Assembly: GCA_044236265.1 (NCBI GenBank)
Contig: JBIIGV010000028.1
Coordinates: 1 to 28,685, forward strand
DNA: 28,685 nt
From: Oligoflexales bacterium
GTDB taxonomy: Bacteria; Bdellovibrionota_B; Oligoflexia; Oligoflexales; RGVZ01
Direction: 5' to 3'
Below the pieces are notes generated by a model. That model was given only the letters and a program-made list of their open reading frames with translations. It searched no databases and had not been told where the DNA came from. Below, piece after piece: positions 1-8,033 of this stretch. Every line of letters starts with the position of its first letter. The stretch's first letter is position 1. A program made the position numbers and the translations under genes.

Positions 1-270
1 GCCTCCAAGCGAGAGATTTCTTTATCAGGAAATCCATTTGGAGCGGATTTTCAGTCATTTGTTTGGAGTGTGACGATTACAAACTCAAGTGGCCTCAAGG
101 TTTATGAGTCCTCTCCTCTGTCAGGCAGTGTCCGCGCACTCACGATCCCAGCCAATATCATGCAGTCAGGTGCGTCGTATACTTATGAGGCTGTTGCCCA
201 GACTCTCGATAAAATTCCAGGACTACCGGCTATGGCTGTGCGGTCTGCAGTTGGCTCCATCTCAAATTGA
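1..270 (+). CDS. 3' end of a gene entering from the left edge; beta-rich (Ig/FN3-like) C-terminus, function unknown
   Basis: Frame 1 is open from base 1 (ASKREISLSGNPFGADFQSFVWSVTITNSSG...GASYTYEAVAQ...SISN) to TGA at 268-270, so the track's start at 70 is probably internal. Confidence 0.6.
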   Translation, partial: ASKREISLSGNPFGADFQSFVWSVTITNSSGLKVYESSPLSGSVRALTIPANIMQSGASYTYEAVAQTLDKIPGLPAMAVRSAVGSISN

Positions 271-336
271 GCAGGATTTTAGGGGTCCCGCTCTATTAAT
301 GTCCGAAGCTACAGCAATGACTTCAGCATATTGATA

Positions 337-345
337 TGCTAAGAT
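337..345 (+). promoter_or_regulatory. Possible extended -10 promoter for the small ORF at 385
   Basis: TG-C-TAAGAT about 40 nt upstream of ATG 385; motif match only. Confidence 0.3.
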
Positions 346-384
346 CCCCATCTGACTAATTTTTATACTTAGGGGTTATCGCCT

Positions 385-546
385 ATGCTTTTCAGCAAAG
401 AAGATTTCAAAATCAATGACGTCAATGATTTTTTGGAGTTTCTGCCTGTCTTCGTGTTTATCGGGCTGATCGCGCCGCTTGTTATCGCGGCCTATACGCT
501 TGGATTTATCATGGACCAGACTGGATGGTTAGATACTTCGAGCTAA
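385..546 (+). CDS. 53-aa single-TM small membrane protein (not in ORF track)
   Basis: Hand translation: MLFSKEDFKINDVNDFLEFLPVFVFIGLIAPLVIAAYTLGFIMDQTGWLDTSS*. AGGGGT SD-like at 371-376. Hydrophobic stretch of about 25 aa. Overlaps the ccmG 3' end convergently by 38 bp. Confidence 0.55.
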   Translation: MLFSKEDFKINDVNDFLEFLPVFVFIGLIAPLVIAAYTLGFIMDQTGWLDTSS

Positions 547-1099
547 TCTCTTCGAGGAGCTGGGTCGTCACTGGCCCGGCCTCTTTATGGACGATCAGTC
601 CATTATGATCAATAACAAACGTCTCTGGAACGCCATACACGCCGTAATCAATCGATGTTTTTCCTGAGTCGTCCAATGCCAGCGGATAAGTTTTTCCGTG
701 TAGTTTTGCAAAATCCCTCGCAGCATCTGCCGTATCTTGAATAGCGATACCTAAAACAATGATGCCTTTTTCACGGTAGCGTTTCCAGTAAGCTTCAATT
801 TGTAGGGCTTCTTGCCTACAACTAACACACCAACTTGCCCAGAAATTCAAGACCACAGGCTTTCCTCTCAACGACGAAAGTTTGACCTTGTTGTTCTCGA
901 CTTTTGGCAGCCAAGATGAGCCTTCTAGTAGTTCAACTTCAAAATCTTTGGCCTCTTTACCAATCAGATTACTTTTCACCAGCGATGGATTTAGTGAGAG
1001 GCCTTTAAACAATATAAATAAAACAGCCAAACCCAATACCGAAATGAGCGCGGTGACGAGCACGTGTTTTTTTGCGATTTGTCGGCGTGATTTGGTCAT
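509..1099 (-). CDS. ccmG: Membrane-anchored thiol:disulfide oxidoreductase CcmG/DsbE (TlpA family)
   Basis: N-terminal TM, LNFWASWCVSC (CxxC) and YGVYGVPETF; start overlaps the ccmE stop (ATGA). Confidence 0.88.
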   Translation of the reverse strand: MTKSRRQIAKKHVLVTALISVLGLAVLFILFKGLSLNPSLVKSNLIGKEAKDFEVELLEGSSWLPKVENNKVKLSSLRGKPVVLNFWASWCVSCRQEALQIEAYWKRYREKGIIVLGIAIQDTADAARDFAKLHGKTYPLALDDSGKTSIDYGVYGVPETFVIDHNGLIVHKEAGPVTTQLLEEISSKYLTIQSGP

Positions 1100-1563
1100 G
1101 GTTTTGACGTTTGATCTTTGAAAAGGCTTTTTTCGAGGAGCTCTTTGCTCAGGTCTCCGCTATGTGATCCTGGTTTTTTATACTCCTCGGAGTGCTTGAC
1201 CATGAGTTTGCGCGAGGTCATGGATTTGCCATCGTTTGCGATGGTTCCCTCAACCACCACCCCTTGTCCTTCTTTGAACATGTCAGGCGGTGTGCCTTTG
1301 TGGCGGATTTTGATTTCGTGGCCTTTTAGGTCTGAGATCGTAAACGCTAAATCAAGAGCTTCGGCCTTCCATTCTACGCTGCCAGGTACAACCATTCCGC
1401 CAACTTTTATATTTTGGTCTGAAAGCTCAGCGGCCTTCGCCTGTGCTTCGTCAGGGGTAAAGAAATAAACCACATTCGAGGATAGTTGAGTTAAGGCAAT
1501 GGAAATAATCGCGATTGCAATGATGACAATTCCGATCATCCATTTCGTTGATTTCGATTTCAT
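1096..1563 (-). CDS. ccmE: Heme chaperone CcmE
   Basis: N-terminal TM, VYFFTP, VGGMVVPGS, PDMFKEGQGVVVEG and KHSEEY (HxxxY heme-binding motif). Confidence 0.95.
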   Translation of the reverse strand: MKSKSTKWMIGIVIIAIAIISIALTQLSSNVVYFFTPDEAQAKAAELSDQNIKVGGMVVPGSVEWKAEALDLAFTISDLKGHEIKIRHKGTPPDMFKEGQGVVVEGTIANDGKSMTSRKLMVKHSEEYKKPGSHSGDLSKELLEKSLFKDQTSKP

Positions 1564-1567
1564 CTGA

Positions 1568-1717
1568 TTAATGATCCTTCTGGTTCATGGCGTCCAGATA
1601 GCGTTCAAGCCGCCTGCGACTTGCTAGAAGCCAATAAGAGTAGCCGATCGTGCACAGGGCGCCTATGGCATATGCTGCAGCGATGTAGGGTGTGGGGTCA
1701 GTTTGTGGTCCGTACAT
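1568..1717 (-). CDS. ccmD: Heme exporter protein CcmD (49 aa, not in ORF track)
   Basis: Hand translation: MYGPQTDPTPYIAAAYAIGALCTIGYSYWLLASRRRLERYLDAMNQKDH*. YIxxAY + TM + basic tail is the CcmD pattern. It fills the ccmC-ccmE gap with 3 and 4 bp spacers. Confidence 0.85.
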   Translation of the reverse strand: MYGPQTDPTPYIAAAYAIGALCTIGYSYWLLASRRRLERYLDAMNQKDH

Positions 1718-1720
1718 AAA

Positions 1721-2398
1721 TTAAACCACTCCTCTCAGGGATTTTTCTTCGAGAGATTCCTGTAGACGAATGTTTTGTCTACGTACAACGATCATTGAAA
1801 GACACACAATCACCATAATGGCGATTCCAGATAAAAGCAGTGCGAGCATGTCTCCATCCATCGTTGATCCTCCGCTGCGAAGAATCGTTTGTGGTTGATG
1901 AAGTGTTCGCCACCAGGTCACACTTTTGTAAATAATTGGTACGTCAACGGCGATCATCAAGCCAAGTATAGAGCAGCTGCGAACGCGGGACGGTCCCTCT
2001 GGTATTGCATTGTGAAGCAGAAGCCATCCGCCGTACATGAGTGCAAGTAAAAACGTCGTCGTCAAGCGAGCATCCCACGTCCACCAGGTGCCCCAAGTGG
2101 GCTTGCCCCAGATACTGCCAGTGGCGAGTGTCAAGATAGTGAAAACCAGCCCCACTTCGGTGGCTGCCTTTGACAGATCGAGCTTGGAAGAGTTGGGTGA
2201 GCGTAAGGCCAGGATGCTTGCTACAGCCAGTACAAACGCACTCGTGAAAGCGGCAAATGCCGCCGGTACATGCAGATAAATAATTCTGTATACGTCACCC
2301 TGGGCGTCATCAACGGGGACCCAAAACCACGCCAGCACCCATTGCACAATCATGGCAATGATGGTTGCGACTAAACTTAAACGAGGCTTGTCAAACAT
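1721..2398 (-). CDS. ccmC: Heme exporter protein CcmC
   Basis: IYLHVP, WWD motif WGKPTWGTWWTWDARLT and TLHQP. ATG 2398 follows GAAGGA; the track's alternative is TTG 2416. Confidence 0.95.
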   Translation of the reverse strand: MFDKPRLSLVATIIAMIVQWVLAWFWVPVDDAQGDVYRIIYLHVPAAFAAFTSAFVLAVASILALRSPNSSKLDLSKAATEVGLVFTILTLATGSIWGKPTWGTWWTWDARLTTTFLLALMYGGWLLLHNAIPEGPSRVRSCSILGLMIAVDVPIIYKSVTWWRTLHQPQTILRSGGSTMDGDMLALLLSGIAIMVIVCLSMIVVRRQNIRLQESLEEKSLRGVV

Positions 2399-2451
2399 GT
2401 GTTCCTTCTCGACCAACCTGTCTCAATGCGTTCGCACGGACTATAGTTGAG

Positions 2452-3156
2452 TTAGGGGTCTGTATCAACGCTTTCAGAGCCCAAAAGCAAGGTCATGGTC
2501 AAATATATGGCATCAAAGGCGATCAGCATCGTTGCCCATCCGCGCATCGTATCGTCCCACTTATGGGTGTCAAGCCATTGTATTAATGCCTCCGACGCGC
2601 AAAGTAGGACCGGTATAGACAAAGGGAAATAGAGTAGGGGGAAAATAATCTGCTGACCGTCTGCTCGTAGGGTTATCGCAGCCAATAGGACACCAAGCCC
2701 TGTAAGGCCCAGTAACGTCAAGAAACATCCGCCGAGTACGACAGGATCGGTAACAATCGAAAAATCCTGACCTTGCAAAATAAGTGAGAGAAGCAATGTA
2801 AAAAAGGAGACTCCGGATCCAACTAGCAGAACGTGGAGGAGTTTCGCCAAAATAAATGCTGTCGAGTCAACTGGGCTCAGTCGCAGGTGTTCAAAGACCT
2901 TATCCTGACGCTCTGCTTCAAACGTTCTGGATAGGGCAATCTGCATAGCAAAAAAAATTGCAAGCAACGATTCGGCGACCATCATTCGCGAGCGAATTTC
3001 CGGTGGCTGTTCAGGAATAGCGAATGAAAATAACAGCAGAATAATAGCGGCAAAGAATACAGGAGTAATAAGGCGCTCTTTTGCGGCGATATCAATTCTG
3101 AGGCTATGCCTTAAAATAACGAGCGTTGATTGGAGCCATGAGGGATCGCGTGACAT
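2452..3156 (-). CDS. ccmB: Heme exporter permease CcmB
   Basis: About 6 TM segments, FEAERQD..LRLSP and PLLYFPLSIPVL; lies between ccmA and ccmC. Confidence 0.92.
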   Translation of the reverse strand: MSRDPSWLQSTLVILRHSLRIDIAAKERLITPVFFAAIILLLFSFAIPEQPPEIRSRMMVAESLLAIFFAMQIALSRTFEAERQDKVFEHLRLSPVDSTAFILAKLLHVLLVGSGVSFFTLLLSLILQGQDFSIVTDPVVLGGCFLTLLGLTGLGVLLAAITLRADGQQIIFPLLYFPLSIPVLLCASEALIQWLDTHKWDDTMRGWATMLIAFDAIYLTMTLLLGSESVDTDP

Positions 3157-3158
3157 GT

Positions 3159-3779
3159 TCAGTTCCCTTGCCTCCCGAGCTTAATCGTCTCATGATCTAA
3201 TCCAATCATGAGGCGTTCGTCATGGGTCACAACAATGGCAGCTCCACCTGTTGCAATGTGCCGTTCAAGATTGTTGCGAAACTTTTGACACGCAGCATCA
3301 TCAAGTCCGAATAATGGCTCATCTAAGATCCATAGCCTTGAAGCCTCGAGGTCGAGCCTTGCTAGTGCCAGTCTACGACGCATACCTGTCGAAAATCTTG
3401 AAACCGGTAGGTTCTTTTGAACCCAGACACCTGAAAGTCCCCAGTCAGATAACGCTGACTCAAGAACTTCATTGGGTAAATTCCTGCCGCGAAGCCTTAG
3501 CCAAAATTCTAGATTAGCTGTTGCAGATAATGACGGAATGAGGCCATTGGCGTCAGCAGCTATCCAGCTGGTCCAAGAGCGATAGTCGTTGGGTCCGTCA
3601 AAAATAATTTTACCTTGCGCGCCTGAGATCAGGCCTGTGATCAGAGAGACTAAAGTACTCTTGCCTGAGCCATTTGCTCCCGCAATGCGAATGAGCGATC
3701 GATCACCAACTTCAAAAGAAAGATTTTCGAAGAGCGGCCGGTTTTTATAAGCAAATTTTAGTCCCTGAACTTTTAGCAT
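3159..3779 (-). CDS. ccmA: Heme ABC exporter ATP-binding protein CcmA
   Basis: Walker A GANGSGKST, signature FSTGMRRR, Walker B WILDEP and VVTH; first gene of the ccm operon. Confidence 0.92.
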   Translation of the reverse strand: MLKVQGLKFAYKNRPLFENLSFEVGDRSLIRIAGANGSGKSTLVSLITGLISGAQGKIIFDGPNDYRSWTSWIAADANGLIPSLSATANLEFWLRLRGRNLPNEVLESALSDWGLSGVWVQKNLPVSRFSTGMRRRLALARLDLEASRLWILDEPLFGLDDAACQKFRNNLERHIATGGAAIVVTHDERLMIGLDHETIKLGRQGN

Positions 3780-3988
3780 GGCCGGGGAGTATAGCTAAGG
3801 AGGTGAATGGATGCTACGGGATTGTCCACCGTTTGTCGGTGATTTAAAGCTCTGGAAATATTAACTTAATTACGTATTAAGGCGGTAGCTGTCACGGGAC
3901 AAGGCGCTTCATTGGGGCGGCCCATGGCCTGAACAGTGAATTCGTCTACTTGAGCAGATCTCTGTAAAAAATATAAAGCCTTGATGCC

Positions 3989-4738
3989 TTATTTCTTCGC
4001 GAGAGATGGGTACTCGATTTTAAGATCGACGCCGCTTAGTTGACGGTTAAACGATGTTTTGACGAGATGATCAGCCATGATGGCGGCACCCTCCGGCGAT
4101 ATACCCGACGCATGTATGTTTGAAATACAGTTGCGGCAGGCGTCCGTGTTTTCCGATCGGGGTTCGAATGTATAATAGATGCTGAGTGATTCCGCAGATG
4201 CCAGGCCAGGTCGTTCTCCGATTAGCATGACAACAGATTTTGCTCCCAAAGCTTCGCCGATATTATCGCCAAGTCCGACGCGCGCATATTTAGCTAATAC
4301 GACGGGGCCGAGTGATAATCCCGATTTTTTTAACAGTTGGCTAAAATGCTCGACAAAAGGTTTGCCGTTTTCGTGCACGGCGTGAGCTGAAAGTCCGTCA
4401 GCAATCACTAGAATTAAATCGCATTGATCAGTCTTTTTTTGTCTAAGCGCACTATCTGATGAGGTATTTAGCGATCGACCCAAATCAGGATTTAGCAGAA
4501 ATTCCTGCTTTGATCGGCATCGCGACTGGACGTCCACAAAGTTTAAATGGGAAGTCTGTAGATACTCTCTCATATCAGTGAAATCGACTTCACTCCAAAC
4601 GCTGTCACGAGCCTTCGAGTGTGCCAAGCGGAAACTTAGGACTTCATTTGTTGGTGTGCCATGTCCTGCGCGTCCTAGAGCAATCCGCGCATGAGTAAAT
4701 CGTTTCAGAAAAGACCATGGGTCATGGCTTGATGTCAT
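3989..4738 (-). CDS. eutC: Ethanolamine ammonia-lyase light chain
   Basis: THARIALGRAG, FRLAHSKARDSV, IADGLS, LIGERPGL and DACRNCISNIH; overlaps the eutB stop. Confidence 0.96.
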   Translation of the reverse strand: MTSSHDPWSFLKRFTHARIALGRAGHGTPTNEVLSFRLAHSKARDSVWSEVDFTDMREYLQTSHLNFVDVQSRCRSKQEFLLNPDLGRSLNTSSDSALRQKKTDQCDLILVIADGLSAHAVHENGKPFVEHFSQLLKKSGLSLGPVVLAKYARVGLGDNIGEALGAKSVVMLIGERPGLASAESLSIYYTFEPRSENTDACRNCISNIHASGISPEGAAIMADHLVKTSFNRQLSGVDLKIEYPSLAKK

Positions 4739-6135
4739 AGATCACCCGACGGAAGCAGTTTTGAAGCTTGTGTCAAGAATGTGCCTTTGAGATTCTTGGA
4801 ATAAGACAGTTTCCCTTGGCTATCTGAAAGGCCGAGTCTTTGCATCCAAAGGTCAAATTCAGGAGCAGGCTTTAACTTTAAAGTTTCGCGAATATATTGA
4901 GCGTCGTGAAATGACGTAGATTGGTAGTTGAGCATGATGTCGTCAGCCCCTGGAACGCCCATGAAATAATTACAGCCAGCAATTGCCAGTAGCGTCATCA
5001 AATTGTCCATATCATCTTGGTCGGCTTGAGCGTGATTGGTATAGCAAACATCACAGCCCATCGGTAAGCGCAGCATTTTCGCACAGAAGTGGTCTTCCAG
5101 ACCAGCGCGTGTAATCTGTTTGCCGTCATAAAGATATTCCGGCCCAATGAAGCCAACCACTGTATTCACCAGGAATGGATTGAACAACCTCGCAACCCCA
5201 TATGCTCTGGCTTCAAGGGTTTGCTGATCGACGTCGTGATGCCCGCGAGCTGAAAGACATGATCCCTGCCCGGTTTCAAAGTACATGACCTGGCCTTGAC
5301 CTCTTGATAAAGATTGACCCGCATCCATGGCTTCTCTCAAGATCGATAAGTTAATACCGTAGCTCTGATTGGTTTTTTCAGTGCCTGCTATTGATTGGAA
5401 AATCAGGTCCACCGGGCAGCCGCGATTAATTGCCTCGATCTGGTTGGTGACATGACCGAGGACACAGGATTGAGTGGGAATGTCCATGCTTGAGATAATG
5501 TGATCAAGAGTCTTCAGAAGCTCGGTCATACGGTCAATGCTGTCCGTCGCGGGATTGATTCCGATAACAGCGTCTCCGCAACCGTACAGAAGACCGTCAA
5601 TTGTGGCAGCAATGATGGCTTTGATGTTATCGGTTGGATGATTGGGCTGCAATCGAATGGCCAGGTGCCCTTTCTTGCCAACTGATGAGCGAAACTTTGT
5701 TACGACCTCGATTTTAGCAGCTACAGAGATCAAGTCTTGATTTCTCATGAGCTTGCTTACTGCAGCCAGCATTTCAGGAGTGAGACCCGGAGCAAGCTTG
5801 ATAAGCTCCTCATCAGTAGTTTTTTCTTGGAGTAAATGCTCTCTAAATTGTCCCACAGTCAAATGGGACACGGGGCGAAAAGCATCTTGATCCCAGGAAT
5901 CATAGATAGCTCTAGTCACTTCATCTATTTCGTAAGGAATGAGATGTTCGGACGCAAAAATCCTGAGCGGGAGATCGGCCATGCAAATTTGTGCTGCAAC
6001 ACGCTCTTCTTCGCTTTTGGCTGCAATGCTGGCTAGTACGTCACCTGATCTCAGCGGGGAGGCTTTAGCCATTAAATCGGCAAGGGTCGAGAACCGGTAG
6101 GTTTTGTTTCCGATAGATGTTTTAAAAGAGCCCAA
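4735..6135 (-). CDS. eutB: Ethanolamine ammonia-lyase heavy chain (AdoCbl-dependent)
   Basis: KASPLRSGD, RLQPNHPTD, GDAVIGINP, YFETGQGS, NTVVGFIGPEYL and MLNYQSTSFHD; TTG start. Confidence 0.97.
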   Translation of the reverse strand: MGSFKTSIGNKTYRFSTLADLMAKASPLRSGDVLASIAAKSEEERVAAQICMADLPLRIFASEHLIPYEIDEVTRAIYDSWDQDAFRPVSHLTVGQFREHLLQEKTTDEELIKLAPGLTPEMLAAVSKLMRNQDLISVAAKIEVVTKFRSSVGKKGHLAIRLQPNHPTDNIKAIIAATIDGLLYGCGDAVIGINPATDSIDRMTELLKTLDHIISSMDIPTQSCVLGHVTNQIEAINRGCPVDLIFQSIAGTEKTNQSYGINLSILREAMDAGQSLSRGQGQVMYFETGQGSCLSARGHHDVDQQTLEARAYGVARLFNPFLVNTVVGFIGPEYLYDGKQITRAGLEDHFCAKMLRLPMGCDVCYTNHAQADQDDMDNLMTLLAIAGCNYFMGVPGADDIMLNYQSTSFHDAQYIRETLKLKPAPEFDLWMQRLGLSDSQGKLSYSKNLKGTFLTQASKLLPSGDL

Positions 6136-6146
6136 ATTAAAAATCT

Positions 6147-6202
6147 TTCTAGCAATCAGTTAGGATTCGCAGTGACTCGTGACTTTGTCACTGTGCTAGA
6201 AT
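6147..6202. promoter_or_regulatory. Divergent promoter region with inverted repeats between eutB and the hydrolase
   Basis: TTCTAGCA (6147-6154) pairs with TGCTAGAA (6194-6201). CAGTGAC-N10-GTCACTG at 6170-6193. TG-C-TAGAAT (6194-6202) is an extended -10 match on +. Confidence 0.4.
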
Positions 6203-6241
6203 ATCACGAAATTTGTTTTGCTCATTAACGGAAGGTGTTAA

Positions 6242-7294
6242 TTGAGGGGAAAAAATCAAAAATTATCTCTACGGAACTTGGTGTTTACTCTTCTAACGAT
6301 AAGCGCGATTCAAGTCCCCTGCTCATTTGCAGTCCCGGAACCCGACCTCTCGAGGACCTGGAGAGATATCTATGGTGATTGGCAAAAGACGAATTGCGTT
6401 TGGCTTCGCTATGAGTCCAGCAGTGGAAAAAAGACGGGATTTGCACGATGCGGAGTTGGAAATAAGCCGGTGGTGATCCTACCGGGGTATAGTGAGCCGG
6501 CGCTAAAGTACATGGAAACGGTTTACGATCTAATTAAAGCGGATACGGGCCTTGGTCCTTTTTATGTTTGGGAGTTACCAGGGCAGGGAACTAGTGATCG
6601 ACTGGGCCCGACAGCTTATTTGGTGCATGTTGACACTCCAGACAGGTATATCGATGACTTTCTAAGATTTATGGAGCAAGAGGTCAGATCTAGATATTCA
6701 TCAAAACCAATTCTTGTGGCTCATTCTACAGGTGCCCTCATTGCTTTCAATGCAGCCGCACGGCGGTCGGGTGATATCTCTACGATCGTTGCGCTGTCGC
6801 CGTTAGTCCGGCCCGCTCTTCCTTTGCCAAGTAGCATTGTCGGTTTGATTGCCCAATTCTATAGATGGTTTGGATTTGGTTCCTCCTCCGTATGGGGGCA
6901 ATCGTCTAAGCCTGTTGAAGATCAAACGTACGCCACAAATAAATCGACAGATTCTAGCGTCAGGTGGAACATTTCACATAGTGTCTTAGTTGAAAACCCG
7001 AATCTTTTCAGCCACGGCGTTAGCTGGGATTGGCTTTCATCGGTATTGGATCGAGGAGATGATATTCTCGCCAATTATAAAAACATAAATCTTCCGGTGG
7101 CGATCATCAAACCGGAATCAGATTTTTATGTCAATGGAGTGGCATCTGACGCTTTCTGTAAAAATCTCGTCGACTGCACATCGACGACGATTTCTGGGGA
7201 TATGCACGAACTGCTGCAGCTATCTGACGGTAAGCGGAACGTGGTTATGAGTGCAATTCTTAATAAACTAAGTTCAATACCTGATAGCAACTAA
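6242..7294 (+). CDS. Exported alpha/beta hydrolase, lysophospholipase L2 (PldB)-like
   Basis: Signal-peptide-like N-terminus; ILPGYSEPALKYME, ELPGQGTSDR, nucleophile motif AHSTG, and candidate Asp (ESDFYV) and His (DMHELL). Confidence 0.8.
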   Translation: MRGKNQKLSLRNLVFTLLTISAIQVPCSFAVPEPDLSRTWRDIYGDWQKTNCVWLRYESSSGKKTGFARCGVGNKPVVILPGYSEPALKYMETVYDLIKADTGLGPFYVWELPGQGTSDRLGPTAYLVHVDTPDRYIDDFLRFMEQEVRSRYSSKPILVAHSTGALIAFNAAARRSGDISTIVALSPLVRPALPLPSSIVGLIAQFYRWFGFGSSSVWGQSSKPVEDQTYATNKSTDSSVRWNISHSVLVENPNLFSHGVSWDWLSSVLDRGDDILANYKNINLPVAIIKPESDFYVNGVASDAFCKNLVDCTSTTISGDMHELLQLSDGKRNVVMSAILNKLSSIPDSN

Positions 7295-7432
7295 TCTATC
7301 ACGCGTGTGCCTATAAACGCATTTGTCGTCATTTCATGCACAGCTCTGATTTCTCTGGTTGCGTTGTGCTTTCTCAGATAAAGATTTCTGTCGGTGGTTA
7401 TTCGCCAAGCCAACCACCTGCGGAGGCTTTTG

Positions 7433-8014
7433 ATGAGAACGCACGAAGACCAGTTTTTATTTCTGAATGAATTCATACGCCATCCGCTGCGAGTGGCAGC
7501 TGTTCAGCCATCATCCGAGGCATTCGTCAACGATCTGCTAGCGGGTATATCCTTTGAAAAAGATGGTGTGTTTGTTGAGTATGGTGCTGGAACAGGGGTT
7601 GTGTCTGCGGAGGTCTGCAGGAGAATGTCAAATGGATCATTTTGTGTTGCAGTCGAGCCCAACAAATCGTTTTGTGATTTTTTGAATAATGTTGATAGTC
7701 GGATGCGTGTCATCTGTGATTTTGCAGAAAACGCTAGCGAAAAGATACTTGAGCTCTACGGTCCTGCAGATGTTATTCTGGCAGGGTTACCGTTTTCACT
7801 TATGTCTGAGGGGACAATATCTGTCATTCTAAAAGAAGCTAAGAATCTCCTCGTTTCAGATGGCGAGTTACGCTTATTTTTCTATGCACACTCTCTTTTA
7901 GTTCCTAAAGTTCAAAGGATGTTGGATTCCGTGTTTGAGGCATTTTCTCTGACTTGGACCAGCGTCTCGTGGAATAATATTCCACCGATGGCGGTTGTTC
8001 GCTGTCTAAATTAG
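7433..8014 (+). CDS. SAM-dependent methyltransferase, phospholipid N-methyltransferase PmtA (rhizobial-type)-like
   Basis: FLNEFIRHPLRVAAVQPSS, VEYGAGTGV, AVEPN and DVILAGLPF; GGAGG lies 6 nt before ATG 7433 (track starts at GTG 7394). Confidence 0.75.
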   Translation: MRTHEDQFLFLNEFIRHPLRVAAVQPSSEAFVNDLLAGISFEKDGVFVEYGAGTGVVSAEVCRRMSNGSFCVAVEPNKSFCDFLNNVDSRMRVICDFAENASEKILELYGPADVILAGLPFSLMSEGTISVILKEAKNLLVSDGELRLFFYAHSLLVPKVQRMLDSVFEAFSLTWTSVSWNNIPPMAVVRCLN

Positions 8015-8033
8015 TGCTTACAGACCGGTAGAA

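Noticed and set aside
269..293. Hairpin GAGCAGGAT...GTCCCGCTC after the first gene as a terminator
   Set aside because: The stem is mismatched and there is no real U-tract.
3785..3860. tRNA-like start GGGAGTA-TA-GCTA-AGGAGGTGAA
   Set aside because: No anticodon stem, TTC T-loop or acceptor complement follows.
3989..6241. eut microcompartment locus or cobalamin riboswitch
   Set aside because: There are no shell or accessory eut genes, and the 106-bp upstream region is too short and lacks recognisable B12-box motifs.
7307..7381. 24-codon hydrophobic ORF in frame with the methyltransferase (possible readthrough or pseudogenised anchor)
   Set aside because: It has no SD, and the methyltransferase has its own GGAGG and a complete family-typical N-terminus.
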